A stretch of 64,000 nucleotides of DNA from an uncultured Acidobacteriota bacterium. GTDB lineage: Bacteria; Acidobacteriota; Thermoanaerobaculia; UBA5066; Gp7-AA6. Each line of letters opens with the position of its first letter. Positions within the stretch are counted from its first letter, which is position 1. Shown here one piece after another: positions 1-10,300 of this stretch. The notes under the pieces were generated by a model. The model was not told where the DNA came from and searched no databases. It worked only from the letters and a program-made list of their open reading frames with translations. The position numbers and the translations under genes were made by a program. The DNA lies in assembly GCA_963824165.1 (NCBI GenBank), contig CAWGOM010000017.1, positions 901,020-965,019 of the forward strand, given 5' to 3'.

Positions 1-587
1 CGGGAAGTCGGGCTCCTCGACGCGCTCCTGCCGGAGCTGGCCTCGGTCCTGCGGGAGCTCGATCCCGACCACCCGAGCGGGACCGGGACACCTGTTCTGG
101 GCGCTGCTCGAGGTCCTCGACGCGGAGCGCCGCCGGGGCCGCAGCTACGACGACGCGCTCCTCTTCGCGCTCCTCTTCGTGCCGATCGTGCGGGCGCGCG
201 TTCGCGAGGTGTCTCCCGGGGCGGAACCGGATCCCGGGCGCCTATCGGTCATCATCGAGGACGTGGTCTCGCCGCTCGCCCTGCGGATGTCGCTGCCGCG
301 CGCGGCGACCGACCGCATCAAGCAGGCCCTCTCGATCGTCGGGAAGCTGTCGCACCGGCCCGACTCGAAGGTCGCGACCCGCCGCGTCGCCTTCCGGGAG
401 GCGTTCCCGATGGCGCTCGACCTCTTCGAGCTGACCGCCATGGCGACCGGCCGTCGGCCAGGAGATCGTGCGCGACTGGCGAAGCCTCCAGGCCCGCATC
501 GAGCGCGGCCGCGCGAGCGGCGAGATCCCCGCCCCGCCGGCTCCCCCGCCGCGCAAGCGACGCCGCCGCCGCGGCCCCCGAAAATAA
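1..587 (+). CDS. poly(A) polymerase / tRNA nucleotidyltransferase family protein, C-terminal part (5' end outside window, at least 2 frame breaks)
   Basis: Tracing frames 1->2->3 gives LLDALLPEL..., DDALLFALLFVPIVRARV, RRVAFREAFPMALDLFELTA, then EIVRDWRSLQARIE. It ends in the Arg-rich tail [16 protein letters not shown] (585-587), the layout of PcnB-type C-termini. Confidence 0.5.
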
Positions 588-589
588 AC

Positions 590-658
590 GGGGTCAGGTC
601 TCGAATTTTCGGATTGCCCTCGATCGCCCAAAAAACCGAAAAATCGAGACCTGACCCC
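590..658. repeat. long imperfect palindrome (23-bp arms, 23-nt loop), possible terminator or structured RNA
   Basis: GGGGTCAGGTCTCGAATTTTCGG (590-612) pairs with CCGAAAAATCGAGACCTGACCCC (636-658), 22 of 23 complementary. The loop contains CGATCG. It is A/T-rich relative to its surroundings. Confidence 0.8.
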
Positions 659-671
659 ATATGATTTCGGA

Positions 672-1571
672 ATGCAGCTCTACGACAACTTCCTCGGCAT
701 CCCGCCCGAAGACAGCACGCTCGAGAAGAGCCGCGTCGTCATCCTCCCGGTGCCCTACGAGCGCACCGTGTCGTACGGGCCGGGAACCCGCAACGGCCCC
801 GGGGCGATCCTCGAGGCGTCGCACTTCGTGGAGCTCTACGACGACGAGCTCGACGAAGAGGTCTACCGGATCGGCGTCCACACGCTTCCCGCCTGGCTGC
901 CCGACGACATGGAGCCCGCCTCCTGCGTGGCCGATCTCGAGAAGGTCGTCGCCGGGCTCCTCGCGCCCGGCCGGTTCGTCCTGACCCTCGGCGGGGAGCA
1001 CTCGATCGCGCCGGCCCCCATCCGCGCGCACCACGCGCGGCACCCGAAGATGTCGGTGCTCCACTTCGACGCGCACGGCGACCTGCGCGACGAGTACGAG
1101 GGCCAGAAGAACTCGCACGCCTGCGCCGCGCACCGCTGGGTCGAGCTCGGCATCCCGTCGGTCCACGTCGGCATCCGGTCGATCTCGAAGGAGGAGGTCG
1201 ACTACGTCCGCAAGACCGGCACGCTCATCGTCTCCAACCGCGAGATGCACCGCTCGGACGCCTGGATGGAGAAGGCCCTGGCGAAGCTGACGGGCGAGGT
1301 CTACGTGACCTTCGACGTGGACTTCTTCGACGGGTCGCTCGTCCCGGGCACGGGCACGCCCGAGCCGGGCGGCGGGACCTACGACCAGGCCCTCGCGATC
1401 CTGCGCCGGGTGGCCTCGGAGCGGAAGATCGTCGGCGCCGACGTCGTCGAACACTCGCCGCTGCCGGGCAACCGGGCCCCGGACTTCATGATCGCCAAGC
1501 TCTGCTACAAGCTGCTCGGATACGCCCATTTCCCGGAAAAGGCGAAAAAGCCCGTCCTGTCGCCCGGATAA
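672..1571 (+). CDS. speB: agmatinase (arginase/ureohydrolase family)
   Basis: Intact 299-aa ORF. Carries ureohydrolase Mn-ligand motifs: GGEHSI, HFDAHGDL, DVDFFD, GTPEPGG. Confidence 0.9.
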   Translation: MQLYDNFLGIPPEDSTLEKSRVVILPVPYERTVSYGPGTRNGPGAILEASHFVELYDDELDEEVYRIGVHTLPAWLPDDMEPASCVADLEKVVAGLLAPGRFVLTLGGEHSIAPAPIRAHHARHPKMSVLHFDAHGDLRDEYEGQKNSHACAAHRWVELGIPSVHVGIRSISKEEVDYVRKTGTLIVSNREMHRSDAWMEKALAKLTGEVYVTFDVDFFDGSLVPGTGTPEPGGGTYDQALAILRRVASERKIVGADVVEHSPLPGNRAPDFMIAKLCYKLLGYAHFPEKAKKPVLSPG

Positions 1572-1663
1572 GGCCCAGCGGTACAATGCTTTGCAGTGTC
1601 TGCTCCACCCCATCCCGGAGCGAACTTTCCGCCCCGAGCTGCGTTTGGTGAGTTGAGGCCAGA

Positions 1664-2278
1664 TTGAGCGACATCGACGAAAAGGACCTGGTCTCCCGCT
1701 GCCGTGACGGCAACGACGACGCCTGGAGGGAGCTGGTGGACCGGTTCGGCAACAGGGTTTACGCGATCGCCTACCACTTCACGCTGAAGCGGGAGGACGC
1801 GGAGGAGCTGTCGCAGGAGATCTTCCTGAAGCTCTTCGAGAACCTGCACCGCTACGACGGGGGCTTCCCCCTGGTGGCCTGGATCCTGTCGGTCTCCCGC
1901 AACCTCTGCATCGACCGGTACCGGCGCCGGAAGCGCGAGAAGTCCTTCCGCTTCGTGTCCGACGAGGCCGTTTCCTCGCTGCTGAAATCCGACGACGACC
2001 CGGCGAGCGTGGCCCTGAAGAAGGAACGCACGAAGATCCTCTTCTCGGCGCTCGCGGAGATCCCCGAGGACCTCGCCGAGATCCTGATCCTGCGGGACCT
2101 GAACGGTCTCGCCTACGACGAGATCGGCAAAGCGCTCGACCTTCCGGACGGAACGGTCAAGTCGCGACTCTTCCGGGCGCGCGCCGACGTCGCGCGCAAG
2201 ATTCGCGAACGCCACGAGTCCAAGGGCACGGCGAGCGCCTTCGCCTCGGTCGCGCTCGCGGCCGCGGGGATCGCATGA
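1664..2278 (+). CDS. ECF-type RNA polymerase sigma-70 family factor
   Basis: Region 2 (AEELSQEIFLKLF, WILSVSRNLCIDRYRRR) and region 4 (ILILRDLNGLAYDEIGKALDLPDGTVKSRLFRAR) are recognisable. TTG start. Confidence 0.9.
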   Translation: MSDIDEKDLVSRCRDGNDDAWRELVDRFGNRVYAIAYHFTLKREDAEELSQEIFLKLFENLHRYDGGFPLVAWILSVSRNLCIDRYRRRKREKSFRFVSDEAVSSLLKSDDDPASVALKKERTKILFSALAEIPEDLAEILILRDLNGLAYDEIGKALDLPDGTVKSRLFRARADVARKIRERHESKGTASAFASVALAAAGIA

Positions 2279-3099
2279 GCTGCCGCGAGCACGAGCGCCT
2301 CTTCGTCTCCGGCGCGTCCGACGCCGAGGTTGCCGCCCACCGCAAGACCTGCGGCGAGTGCGCGCGCCTGGGCTGGGACATCGACGAGGCGCGTTCGCTG
2401 ACCGGAGGCCTCGTGGCCCCGACCTTCCGCCCGGCCCTGCGCGCGGCGCTGCTCGAGATCCCGCGGCAGACCGTGAACTGCGAGGGCGCGGAGCTGCTCC
2501 TCGCGGCGGCCGTCGAAGACGAGGTCGCCGCCGCGGACCGCAAGCGCCTCGACAACCATCTCTCGCGCTGCGGGGCCTGCACGGCCGCGGCCAACGTCCT
2601 CTTCTCGGTCCGCGACCTCGAGGCGCCGGCGCCCCCGGCCTGGCTCGCGACGCGGCTCGCGGCCGCGCGGCCGGCGAAGCCCGCCTCCCGCTGGCGCGGC
2701 TTCTTCTCCGGCCGGGCCGTGGTGGCCTACGCCTACGCGGCGGCGATCCTGGTCATGGTGATGGGCTGGAACCCGACGGCGGTCGTCAAGAATGCGAGCT
2801 TCGCGAGTCTCGGCGTCAGCACCCGCAAAGCCGTCACGGTGGCGCAGAGCTCGCTGACCGACCGGGTCGGCGCCCTGCAGGAGAAGGCGGTCCGCACGCT
2901 CGCCGTGTGGAGGGGCCACATCGGCGGCTACGGCCGCGCCGCCGTCTCCAACGCAATCGCCATCGTGTCGCGGCCCGAGCCGAAGAAGACGCCGACCCGT
3001 CCGCGCCTCGGCAAGGACGGCGGCAACGCCACCGGTACCGACTTTTCCACGGCCCATGCCGCGCGGAGGGAACCTTTGCCCTCCCGATTTCGTGTCTAA
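2275..3099 (+). CDS. putative zinc-finger anti-sigma factor
   Basis: ATGA overlap with the sigma gene. H-x3-C-x2-C motifs (HRKTCGECA and HLSRCGACT). One hydrophobic segment (VVAYAYAAAILVMVMGW). Confidence 0.65.
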   Translation: MSCREHERLFVSGASDAEVAAHRKTCGECARLGWDIDEARSLTGGLVAPTFRPALRAALLEIPRQTVNCEGAELLLAAAVEDEVAAADRKRLDNHLSRCGACTAAANVLFSVRDLEAPAPPAWLATRLAAARPAKPASRWRGFFSGRAVVAYAYAAAILVMVMGWNPTAVVKNASFASLGVSTRKAVTVAQSSLTDRVGALQEKAVRTLAVWRGHIGGYGRAAVSNAIAIVSRPEPKKTPTRPRLGKDGGNATGTDFSTAHAARREPLPSRFRV

Positions 3100-3132
3100 G
3101 AGCGACGACAGACAGTCGACGAGGAGAAAGTC

Positions 3133-3708
3133 ATGAACGAATACGCCAACCCGCAACCTTCGGCCCCTCCGCCGGCGCCACCCGTGACGACGACGTTGGT
3201 CCAGCCTGTGATCGTGGACCGCAAGTCGCCGGGTCTGGCGGGCTTCCTGTCCGTCTTCCCCGGCCTCGGCCACGTGTACCTCGGGCTCTACCAGCGCGCG
3301 TTCGCCATCGGCGGCGCGTTCATCCTGGGGATCTCGATGACCTCGCACGGCAGCGCCGGCGAGTTCTTCGGACCGCTGATCGCGTTCATCTGGTTCTTCG
3401 CGATCATCGACGCGGTGCGCCAGGCCAAGGCCATGAACCGCGGCCAGCTCGCCGAGGCGGGCTTCGCCGGCGAGCAGCAGTTGAAGGCGGCCGCGGGCTC
3501 CGGCGGCCTGACCTGGGGCGTCATCCTGGTCGGGCTCGGCAGCCTCTGGCTGATCGACCGCTACTTCGTGATCGACTGGTCGTTCATGGAGGAGTGGGGC
3601 GGCCCGGCGGCCTTCATCCTCCTGGGACTCGTCCTGATCGTGAGCCACGTGCGCAAGCGCCGCCAGGAGAACGAGCGGCAGGTCGGGATGCCGCCGCGGA
3701 GTTCGTAG
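3133..3708 (+). CDS. membrane protein, third gene of the sigma/anti-sigma unit
   Basis: Intact 191-aa ORF with several hydrophobic helices. FPGLGHVYLG motif as in TM2-like small membrane domains. Confidence 0.55.
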   Translation: MNEYANPQPSAPPPAPPVTTTLVQPVIVDRKSPGLAGFLSVFPGLGHVYLGLYQRAFAIGGAFILGISMTSHGSAGEFFGPLIAFIWFFAIIDAVRQAKAMNRGQLAEAGFAGEQQLKAAAGSGGLTWGVILVGLGSLWLIDRYFVIDWSFMEEWGGPAAFILLGLVLIVSHVRKRRQENERQVGMPPRSS

Positions 3709-3720
3709 GCTGCAAGCAGA

Positions 3721-3780
3721 GTAGGGGCGGCCCTTGTCGGCCGCCCTTCCGGGACGGGCGGGCGCAAGCGCCGCCCCTAC
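3721..3780. repeat. REP-like double-hairpin element, copy A
   Basis: GTAGGGGCGGC...GCCGCCCCTAC, perfect 11-nt terminal inverted repeats. Internal hairpins GGGCGGCC-CTTGTC-GGCCGCCC and GGGCGGGCGC-AA-GCGCCGCCCC. Lies between convergent gene ends. Confidence 0.8.
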
Positions 3781-3785
3781 GTTTT

Positions 3786-5298
3786 TCAGGCGATCGTCGC
3801 CAGCTCCGCCAGGTACTCGGCGAAGGAGCGCGTCGCGCCCTCGTAGCCCTGGATCTTCGGGTTCGACGATTCCAGCACGTAGAACTCGTCCGGCGCGTGG
3901 GCCCCGCCGCCGTGGCCGAGGCCGAAGTGGCCGGCCGGCAGGCGCAGCGGCTCGCCCGTGAAGACGAAGCCGGGCCACGACCCCGCGTTGCGCGGCCACA
4001 GGATGGGCTGGAGACCGGCGCGGCCGTACACCGCCTGCTGGGCCCGGATGATCGCCGTGTCCGCGGCGGTGCTGTTCGGGTCGTAGCCGCCGGTCATGTT
4101 CACTTCGATGTCGCCGAAGCCCGCGTTTGGCAAGGTGCGCCTTCAGCGCCGCCAGCGCCTCGGACGCCTTCATGTCCGGCACGAGGCGCAGGTCGAGCTT
4201 GGCGACCGCCTTGTGCGGCAGGATGGTCTTGCCGCCGGGGCCGGTGTAGCCGCCCACGAGCCCCTCGATGTTGACGGTCGGCCGCGAGACCAGCATCTCG
4301 AGCGCCTCGGGCCAGCTCGCGTCGCCGATCCAGTGCGAGACGCCCATCTGCTTCTTCGCCGCGGCCTCGTCGAGCCGGCGCGCGGCCTCGGCGACCATCG
4401 CCTTCTCCGCGGGAGAGATCGGCCGCGCCCGGTCGGCGAAGCCCTCGATCGCCGGCGTGTTCCCGTCGGGCCCGACGAGCGTGTGCAGGGCCTGGACCAG
4501 GTGCCAGGCGGGGCTGTCGACCCGCGCCTTGTTGCTCGAGTGGATGTCCTTCGCCGGGCCCCGGCCCCAGAGCTCGCCGCTCGAGGTCAGCTCGCATTCG
4601 ACGATGCCCTTGGCCCCGAGGCTGACCGTCACGACGCCGTCGGGGCCCTGCGCGGCCGACGGCATGAAGACGCCGGCGCAGCGGGCGAGCGCCTTCGCGA
4701 CGTCCGGCTGGCGGACGACCTGCGAAAAGTGCGGCGAGCCGATCTCCTCCTCGCCCTCGGCCACGAGCACGAGGTTGACCGGGAGCTTCACGCCGGCGCC
4801 GCGATAGGCGTGGATCGCCGCGATCAGGGCCGACTCCGGGCCCTTCTGGTTGACGGCCCCGCGCCCGACGAGGACCCGCCCGAGCTCCGGCTTCTCGACG
4901 ATCGCGGCCTCGAACGGCGGCGAGGTCCACTCCGCCGGGTCGACCTGCTTGACGTCGTACATGAAGTACACGCCGACGGTGCGCGCCGCCCCGGCGTCGA
5001 GCGTCGCGAAGACGCCCGGCTGCCCGTCGGTCGGAACGCGCACGGCGTGCTGGAACCCGGCGTCCGTGAGCATCCGGATGAGGAGGTCGCAGCCCTCGGT
5101 CATCCCGCGGTTCTCGGCGGCGATCGACGGTTGCCGGACCCAGTCCTGCAGGCGCCGCACCGCCTCGGCGTTGCGCTTGCCGATCTCGGCGCGCACGCGG
5201 TCGAGGCCGGCGGGCGCGGGCCATGCGTCGGCGGCGGGAGCGAGGGCGAGCCCCGCGGCGCCCGCGGCGACGTCCTGCAGGAATTCGCGACGATCCAT
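3786..5298 (-). CDS. M20 family metallopeptidase (dipeptidase-like) with Tat signal; one frame break near 4130
   Basis: MDRREFLQDVAAGAAGLALAPAADA (twin-Arg signal), then GRGAVNQKGP and LVAEGEEEIGSP. The C-terminus continues in ORF 3786..4133 (GDIEVNMTGGYDP...GGGAHAPDEF). GGAGG lies upstream of the ATG at 5298. Confidence 0.85.
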
Positions 5299-5446
5299 GG
5301 ATTTCCTCCGGGCGCCTAGCGCCTTGCAATGAAACTCGTTTTCACGATCGGAGCGTCTCGACACCGGTCGGGCGGGCCCGCAGGGCGAGAGCCGCGCAGC
5401 CGATGCTGCACCGTGCCAACGCTATCAAGACTTCAGTGACAGAACA

Positions 5447-7186
5447 CTAGCGGCGCTTGAAGTGCTTCTCCAGCTCCTCCTCGCTCATCGCGAGGACCAC
5501 CGGCCGCCCGTGCGGGCAGGTGAAGCGGTCGCGGGTCTTCGACCAGTCGGCGATCAGGCGCCGGATCTCTTCCGGCGCGAGGTGGTAGCGGACGTCACGG
5601 CGGAGCGGCAGGCGACGCTCGCCGCGAGACGGTCGCGGCGCAGGGCCTCGTCGGCCGTGCCGGCCTCGGCGAGCGCGGCGAGGGCCGCGTGCAGCGTCTC
5701 GCCCGGATCGCGGTCGGTGGCCTCGGCCGGCAGCGCCGCGATCGCATAGGAGCTGCCCGACATCGGCTCGATCTCGAAGCCCGCCGCCGACAGGTCCTCC
5801 ATGCGCGCGGCGAGCGTCTCGGCCTCCTCCGGCGTGGCGTCGAAGAGGACGCGCAGCAGCAACCGCTGCGAGAGCATCCGCCCCGACGCGATCCGGTCGC
5901 GGATCCGCTCGTAGAGCGTGCGCTCGTGCGCCGCGTGCTGGTCGATGACGAGGAGGCCCTCCTCGCCCGAGGCCAGGATGTACGACTCGCGGTGCTGCCC
6001 GATCGGCACGATCTCCGGCAGGCGGCGGGCCGGCAGCGGCTCGGCCGGGGCCGGCGCCTCGGGCGCAGGCGGCGCGGGCGGAACGCCCACCGGCGCGCCG
6101 GGCGGCGCGGCGAACGGGTCCCGGTACGGGGCCGCGCCCTCGGCCACGACGCCGCCGGCGGGCACCGAGCGAAGCCTGCGCTCCTCCTTGCCCGCGAGCA
6201 GCGCGGAGTGGAGCGAGTGATAGACGAGGCGGAAGGCCGTCGCCGCGTCCGCGAACCGGACCTGGGTCTTCGACGGCGAGACGTTGACGTCGACCGCTCC
6301 GGGTTCGGCCGTGAGGTAGAGGAAGACCGCCGGGTGCCGGTCGATCCGGATTGCGTCCTTCGAGGCCTGCGTGATGGCGCGCGAGAGCGCCCGGTCCTCG
6401 ACCGGCCGGCCGTTGACGAAGAGGTACTGGTACCGGCGGCTCGGGAAGGTCACCGAGCCGCGCGTCGCGTAGCCATGGAGGCGCAGCGGGCCCGACTTGC
6501 GCCTCGAAGGGCTCGAGCTCCCCGAGCGTCGCGCGGCCGAAGATCTGCAGGATCCGGGAGCCCCGATCGACGGCGGCCGGGGCATCGAGCGTCTGGCGGC
6601 CGTTGGAGGTCAGCGTGAAGGCGACCGACGGATTCGAGAGCGCCGCCTTCGTCACCGCCGCGGCGACCGCCCGCGCCTCCGCCTCCGGCGAGGCGAGGAA
6701 CTTGCGCCGCGCGGGGGTCCTCGCGAAGAGGCTCTCGACGAGCACGTCCGTGCCGCGCGGGCGCGCCGCGGGCTCCTCCGAAGGAGCGGCCCCGTACTCG
6801 ATCCGCAGCCGCACCGCTTCCGGGCTCGAGCCGTCCGAGCAGGTGAGCGTCAGCCGCGACACCGAGGCGATCGAGGGCAGCGCCTCGCCGCGAAACCCGT
6901 AGGTGCCGACGCGCGCGAGGTCCTCGTCGGTGGAGATCTTGGAGGTCGCGTGGCGCTCGAGCGCCAGCCTCGCGTCCTCTCGCGTCATGCCCGAGCCGTC
7001 GTCTCGGACGAGGATCCGGTCCCCGCCGCCCCCGTCGACCTCGACGTCGATCCGCGACGCGCCCGCGTCCAGGGCGTTCTCGACGAGCTCCTTGACCGCC
7101 GAGGCCGGCCGCTCCACGACCTCGCCGGCGGCGATGCGGTCGATGACGGCGCTGGCGAGTCGGTGGATGCGCGGCATTCGATTCAT
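5447..7186 (-). CDS. mutL: DNA mismatch repair endonuclease MutL (frame breaks near 5595 and 6495)
   Basis: N-terminal GHKL ATPase (AAGEVVERPASAVKELVENALDAG, DDGSGM, GFRGEAL). Endonuclease motif DQHAAHERTLYE. C-terminal CPHGRPV. Alternative ATG at 7177. Confidence 0.9.
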   Translation of the reverse strand: MNRMPRIHRLASAVIDRIAAGEVVERPASAVKELVENALDAGASRIDVEVDGGGGDRILVRDDGSGMTREDARLALERHATSKISTDEDLARVGTYGFRGEALPSIASVSRLTLTCSDGSSPEAVRLRIEYGAAPSEEPAARPRGTDVLVESLFARTPARRKFLASPEAEARAVAAAVTKAALSNPSVAFTLTSNGRQTLDAPAAVDRGSRILQIFGRATLGELEPFEAQVGPAAPPWLRDARLGDLPEPPVPVPLRQRPAGRGPGALARHHAGLEGRNPDRPAPGGLPLPHGRTRSGRRQRLAVEDPGPVRGRGDGLPPRLSLAPLRAARGQGGAQASLGARRRRRGRGRGPVPGPVRRAARRAGGRSARAACARGAGPGRAAAGPPPAGDRADRAAPRVVHPGLGRGGPPRHRPARGARAHALRADPRPDRVGADALAAVAAARPLRRHAGGGRDARRAHGGPVGGGLRDRADVGQLLCDRGAAGRGHRPRSGRDAARGPRRARRGRHGRRGPAPRPSRGERRLPLRRDVRYHLAPEEIRRLIADWSKTRDRFTCPHGRPVVLAMSEEELEKHFKRR

Positions 7187-7318
7187 CCTATCGCGCAGCA
7201 TCGGGCGGACGCGCGCTCGGCCCCCCCAGTCCCTCGCGAATCCGCCGCCTCGCCCGCTCGCGACAATGAGTATGTCGAGAGATTCGCCGGCGAGCTCCCC
7301 TGAAAAGGAGTGGCGATC

Positions 7319-10300
7319 ATGACAAAGAAACTTACCCGGACGTTCGTACTCTGCCTCCTGGTGCTGGCCGACCGGCGCCTCGCTGCGCAGAACGGTCCCG
7401 ACAACGACGCCGACGCCGCGCCCGGCTACACGAACAGCGTCTTCCACCACGACGCGTTCGACTCGATCAACCTCTACAACGGCCAGCTCACCGTCCCGAT
7501 CGCCCTCGGCCCGTCCTACCCGATCGGGCCGAAGCTGCGGTTCCAGCTCACGCTGGTCTACAACTCGCGCGTCGACGACTACGGCGCGCCCAAGCCCGCC
7601 CAGCAGCAGGCGAGCTTCGTGTACAAGCCCCTCGCGGGGAATTCTTCGATGCCGATCGGCTGGGAGCTCTCGCTGGGCGCGATCAAGACGTGCCGCCACG
7701 GCAACACGACCGCCCCGTGCTACGTCGCGCCGGACGGGAGCCAGCACCTCTTCCTCCGCAGCCAGGGCAACGGCCGGGTCACAGGCGACGGGAGCCCGTA
7801 CTTCCTGAAGGGGTCGGGCCCCTACGAGATGTGGGACGGGGACGGCAACCACCACGTCTTCGACCAGCAGGCCTCGGGCTTCGACGACTCGCCCTTCGAC
7901 GGCTTCACGCACGACTTCGGGCGCGGCCGCGACGGCTGGTACCTCGGGTCCCTCACCGACCCGCACGGCAACGGCTACGGCGTCACCTACTGGACCGGAG
8001 CGCATCCGAGATGGACGTACGGCGCATCGACCTGCGACGCCGGGACGACCGGGCTCATGCAGATGCGCGCGCCGTCCGGCACGGGCGGATGGGTCCCCAG
8101 GGACATCACGCTGCCCTCCGGGCAGACGGTCCGCGTCGAGCGCGGACACAACGGCTTCCTCGACGGCATGGTGCTTTCGGCGACCTTTCCCGTCTTTGCC
8201 AACGGCGCCCTGACGACACGGACCTGGACCCTCGCCTACGACGCGCCCTACACGGGCTACGTGCACTCCTGCGGAACCGGGACGGTGCCGGCGAATCTCC
8301 AGCGCTTGAAGGAACTGCGGCTTCCCTCCGACCTGACCGCGAGCCCCAAGTTCCAGTTCGCCCAGACGAGCCTTCTCACCCGACTGACGCTGCCGACGGG
8401 CGCAACCGCCGAGTACTGTTACGGCGGCTACACGTTCTTTCACGGGCGCGCCGGCGCGGTCGTCCCGAACTGCCCGGGGCTGCCCGCCCCGTCCCAGGCG
8501 TTCACGACCATCTCCCCGACCGCTTTCCTTTGTGGGACATCGGCCGGCGAGCCGGAGCCTCCCCTCGACGCCACGGCGGCGTGCACCGAGGACAACGATT
8601 CGCGCTGGGTGGACTCGCAGACCGGGGTCCTGAAGCGGACCGTGACCGAACCGCTGCGGGGCCGTGTGTCGACGACGACCTACACGCAGTACGCCTTTCC
8701 GTTCGGCGAGTCCGGATCCGCCTCCTCGCCGGGGGAGCCGCAGACGCTGACGGTCGTCGTGCTTCCGCCGACCGATCAGAACGCGGTGGGCAGCGCCGGG
8801 GTGCGCCGCGCCCAGGCCACGCTCTTTCTCGCGAGCCCGAAGCTCGCGCAGGCGCCCCCCGGCACGACGCGCCCGAGCGTGCCCGGCGACCGCGTCGGCG
8901 CCGACATCGAGCAGCGCTTCTTCGAAACGGACCCGAACCAAGGTTCGCCGGCCTCGCCCGCCTGCCCCGGCACCTCCGCCGACGCGCCCTTCTGCGCGAG
9001 CAAGGCGCTGCGCACCGTCCGGCGGACGTTCGAGTACGACGACGCGGGCAACCTCGAGGGAAACCGGCGCCTCGCGAGCGAGCGCACGATCTTCGGGGCG
9101 GGGACCTGCTCGAGCTGCCCGTGGCACCAGGTCGCGTTCTCGAACTCCTCCGGCTCGTGGGAGTCCAACGGGCGGCACTACGAGAACGAGGCCCACTCCG
9201 GCACGCTCGGCAACGACGCGCGGACGACGTACACCGACTGGGCGCCCGTGAACTGGTCCTCGGGCCCGTCCGCCGGAGGCCTCGTGCTGCCGAACCTGTT
9301 CGCCGAGCGCCGGATCACCGAAGGCGCATCGGTCCGCGACGAGTATTTCGAGTTCGACGGCGAAAGCGGGTTCCTCAGGGGTTCCCTCGTCTACGACTCC
9401 GCCCGCGACGTCGCCTTCCTCCGCTGCCGTTACGACGACGGCGCGGGAAGCGTCGACCGGGAGTTCTCGAAGACGTTTTCCGCGTCGACCACGCCCTCCC
9501 GGACCTACTGCTCCGACAACCACCCCGTCTTCCCGGCTTCCGTCGGTACCGACGGCGACGCTTTCGGGAAGGCCTACACGTGGCGCAACGGCGAGCTGCT
9601 CTCCTCGCGCTGGATCAACGGCTCGGCCGGCACGTCCACGTTCTGGCTGCGCAGCTACGACCGCGACGCGACGACCGGGTGGGTCACCGCCTCCCGCGAC
9701 GGCGCGGGGCTCGCGACGAAGTTCTCGTACGACGTCCTCGGACGCGTCACGCAGATCACGCCGCCGGCCTCCGGCGAGCACCGGACTTTCGTCTGCTACG
9801 AGGGCCCCAACGCGACCACCGCCTACCGGGCCGCCTCGGCGCAGGCCTGCCCGGTCGCGCCCGGAAGCGCGAACGCGAAGACCTGGGAGCACTACGACTA
9901 CGACGGCCTCGGGCGCGTCGCCCGCGAGAAGGCGCTGCGCCCGGGCGCCGGCGTTTCCAAGCGGTTCAACCTGTTCGACGCGGCCGGCAACGCCCACTTC
10001 CGTTCCGAGTGGGTCGCCGACTCGACCTCCGAGTCGGTGTCGGCCGACCTCGGCACGGCCTGCGTCTTCTCGAACGGCAGCTTCGCCACGGCGCGGCCGT
10101 CCTCGGCGCCCGGGCACCTGGCAGATGTGCTTCGACCCGTTCGGCCGGCCCCAGCAGGTCGTGGGCTCGAAGCACTCGAGCCTCCAGACGGTCGACCGCA
10201 AGGACGGGTCGACCTGGTACAGCAACACGCTCGAGGCGATGCTGACCTACTGCCTCAACGCGACCTTCGCGAACCTCCAGTCGGCCGCGTGCTCCGCGGG

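Noticed and set aside
1582-1587. TACAAT -10-like hexamer upstream of the ECF sigma gene.
   Set aside because: There is only a weak -35 (TGTCGC, 18-nt spacer). ECF genes are normally autoregulated from ECF-type (AAC-N16-CGT-like) promoters, which I could not find. Too weak to call.
5403-5418. Sigma-54-like promoter on the minus strand (TGGCACGGTGCAGCAT, GG-N10-GC), about 105 nt upstream of the M20 peptidase ATG.
   Set aside because: It is a single partial match (CA instead of TT before the GC). No enhancer-binding protein gene is nearby, and such matches are expected by chance in GC-rich DNA.
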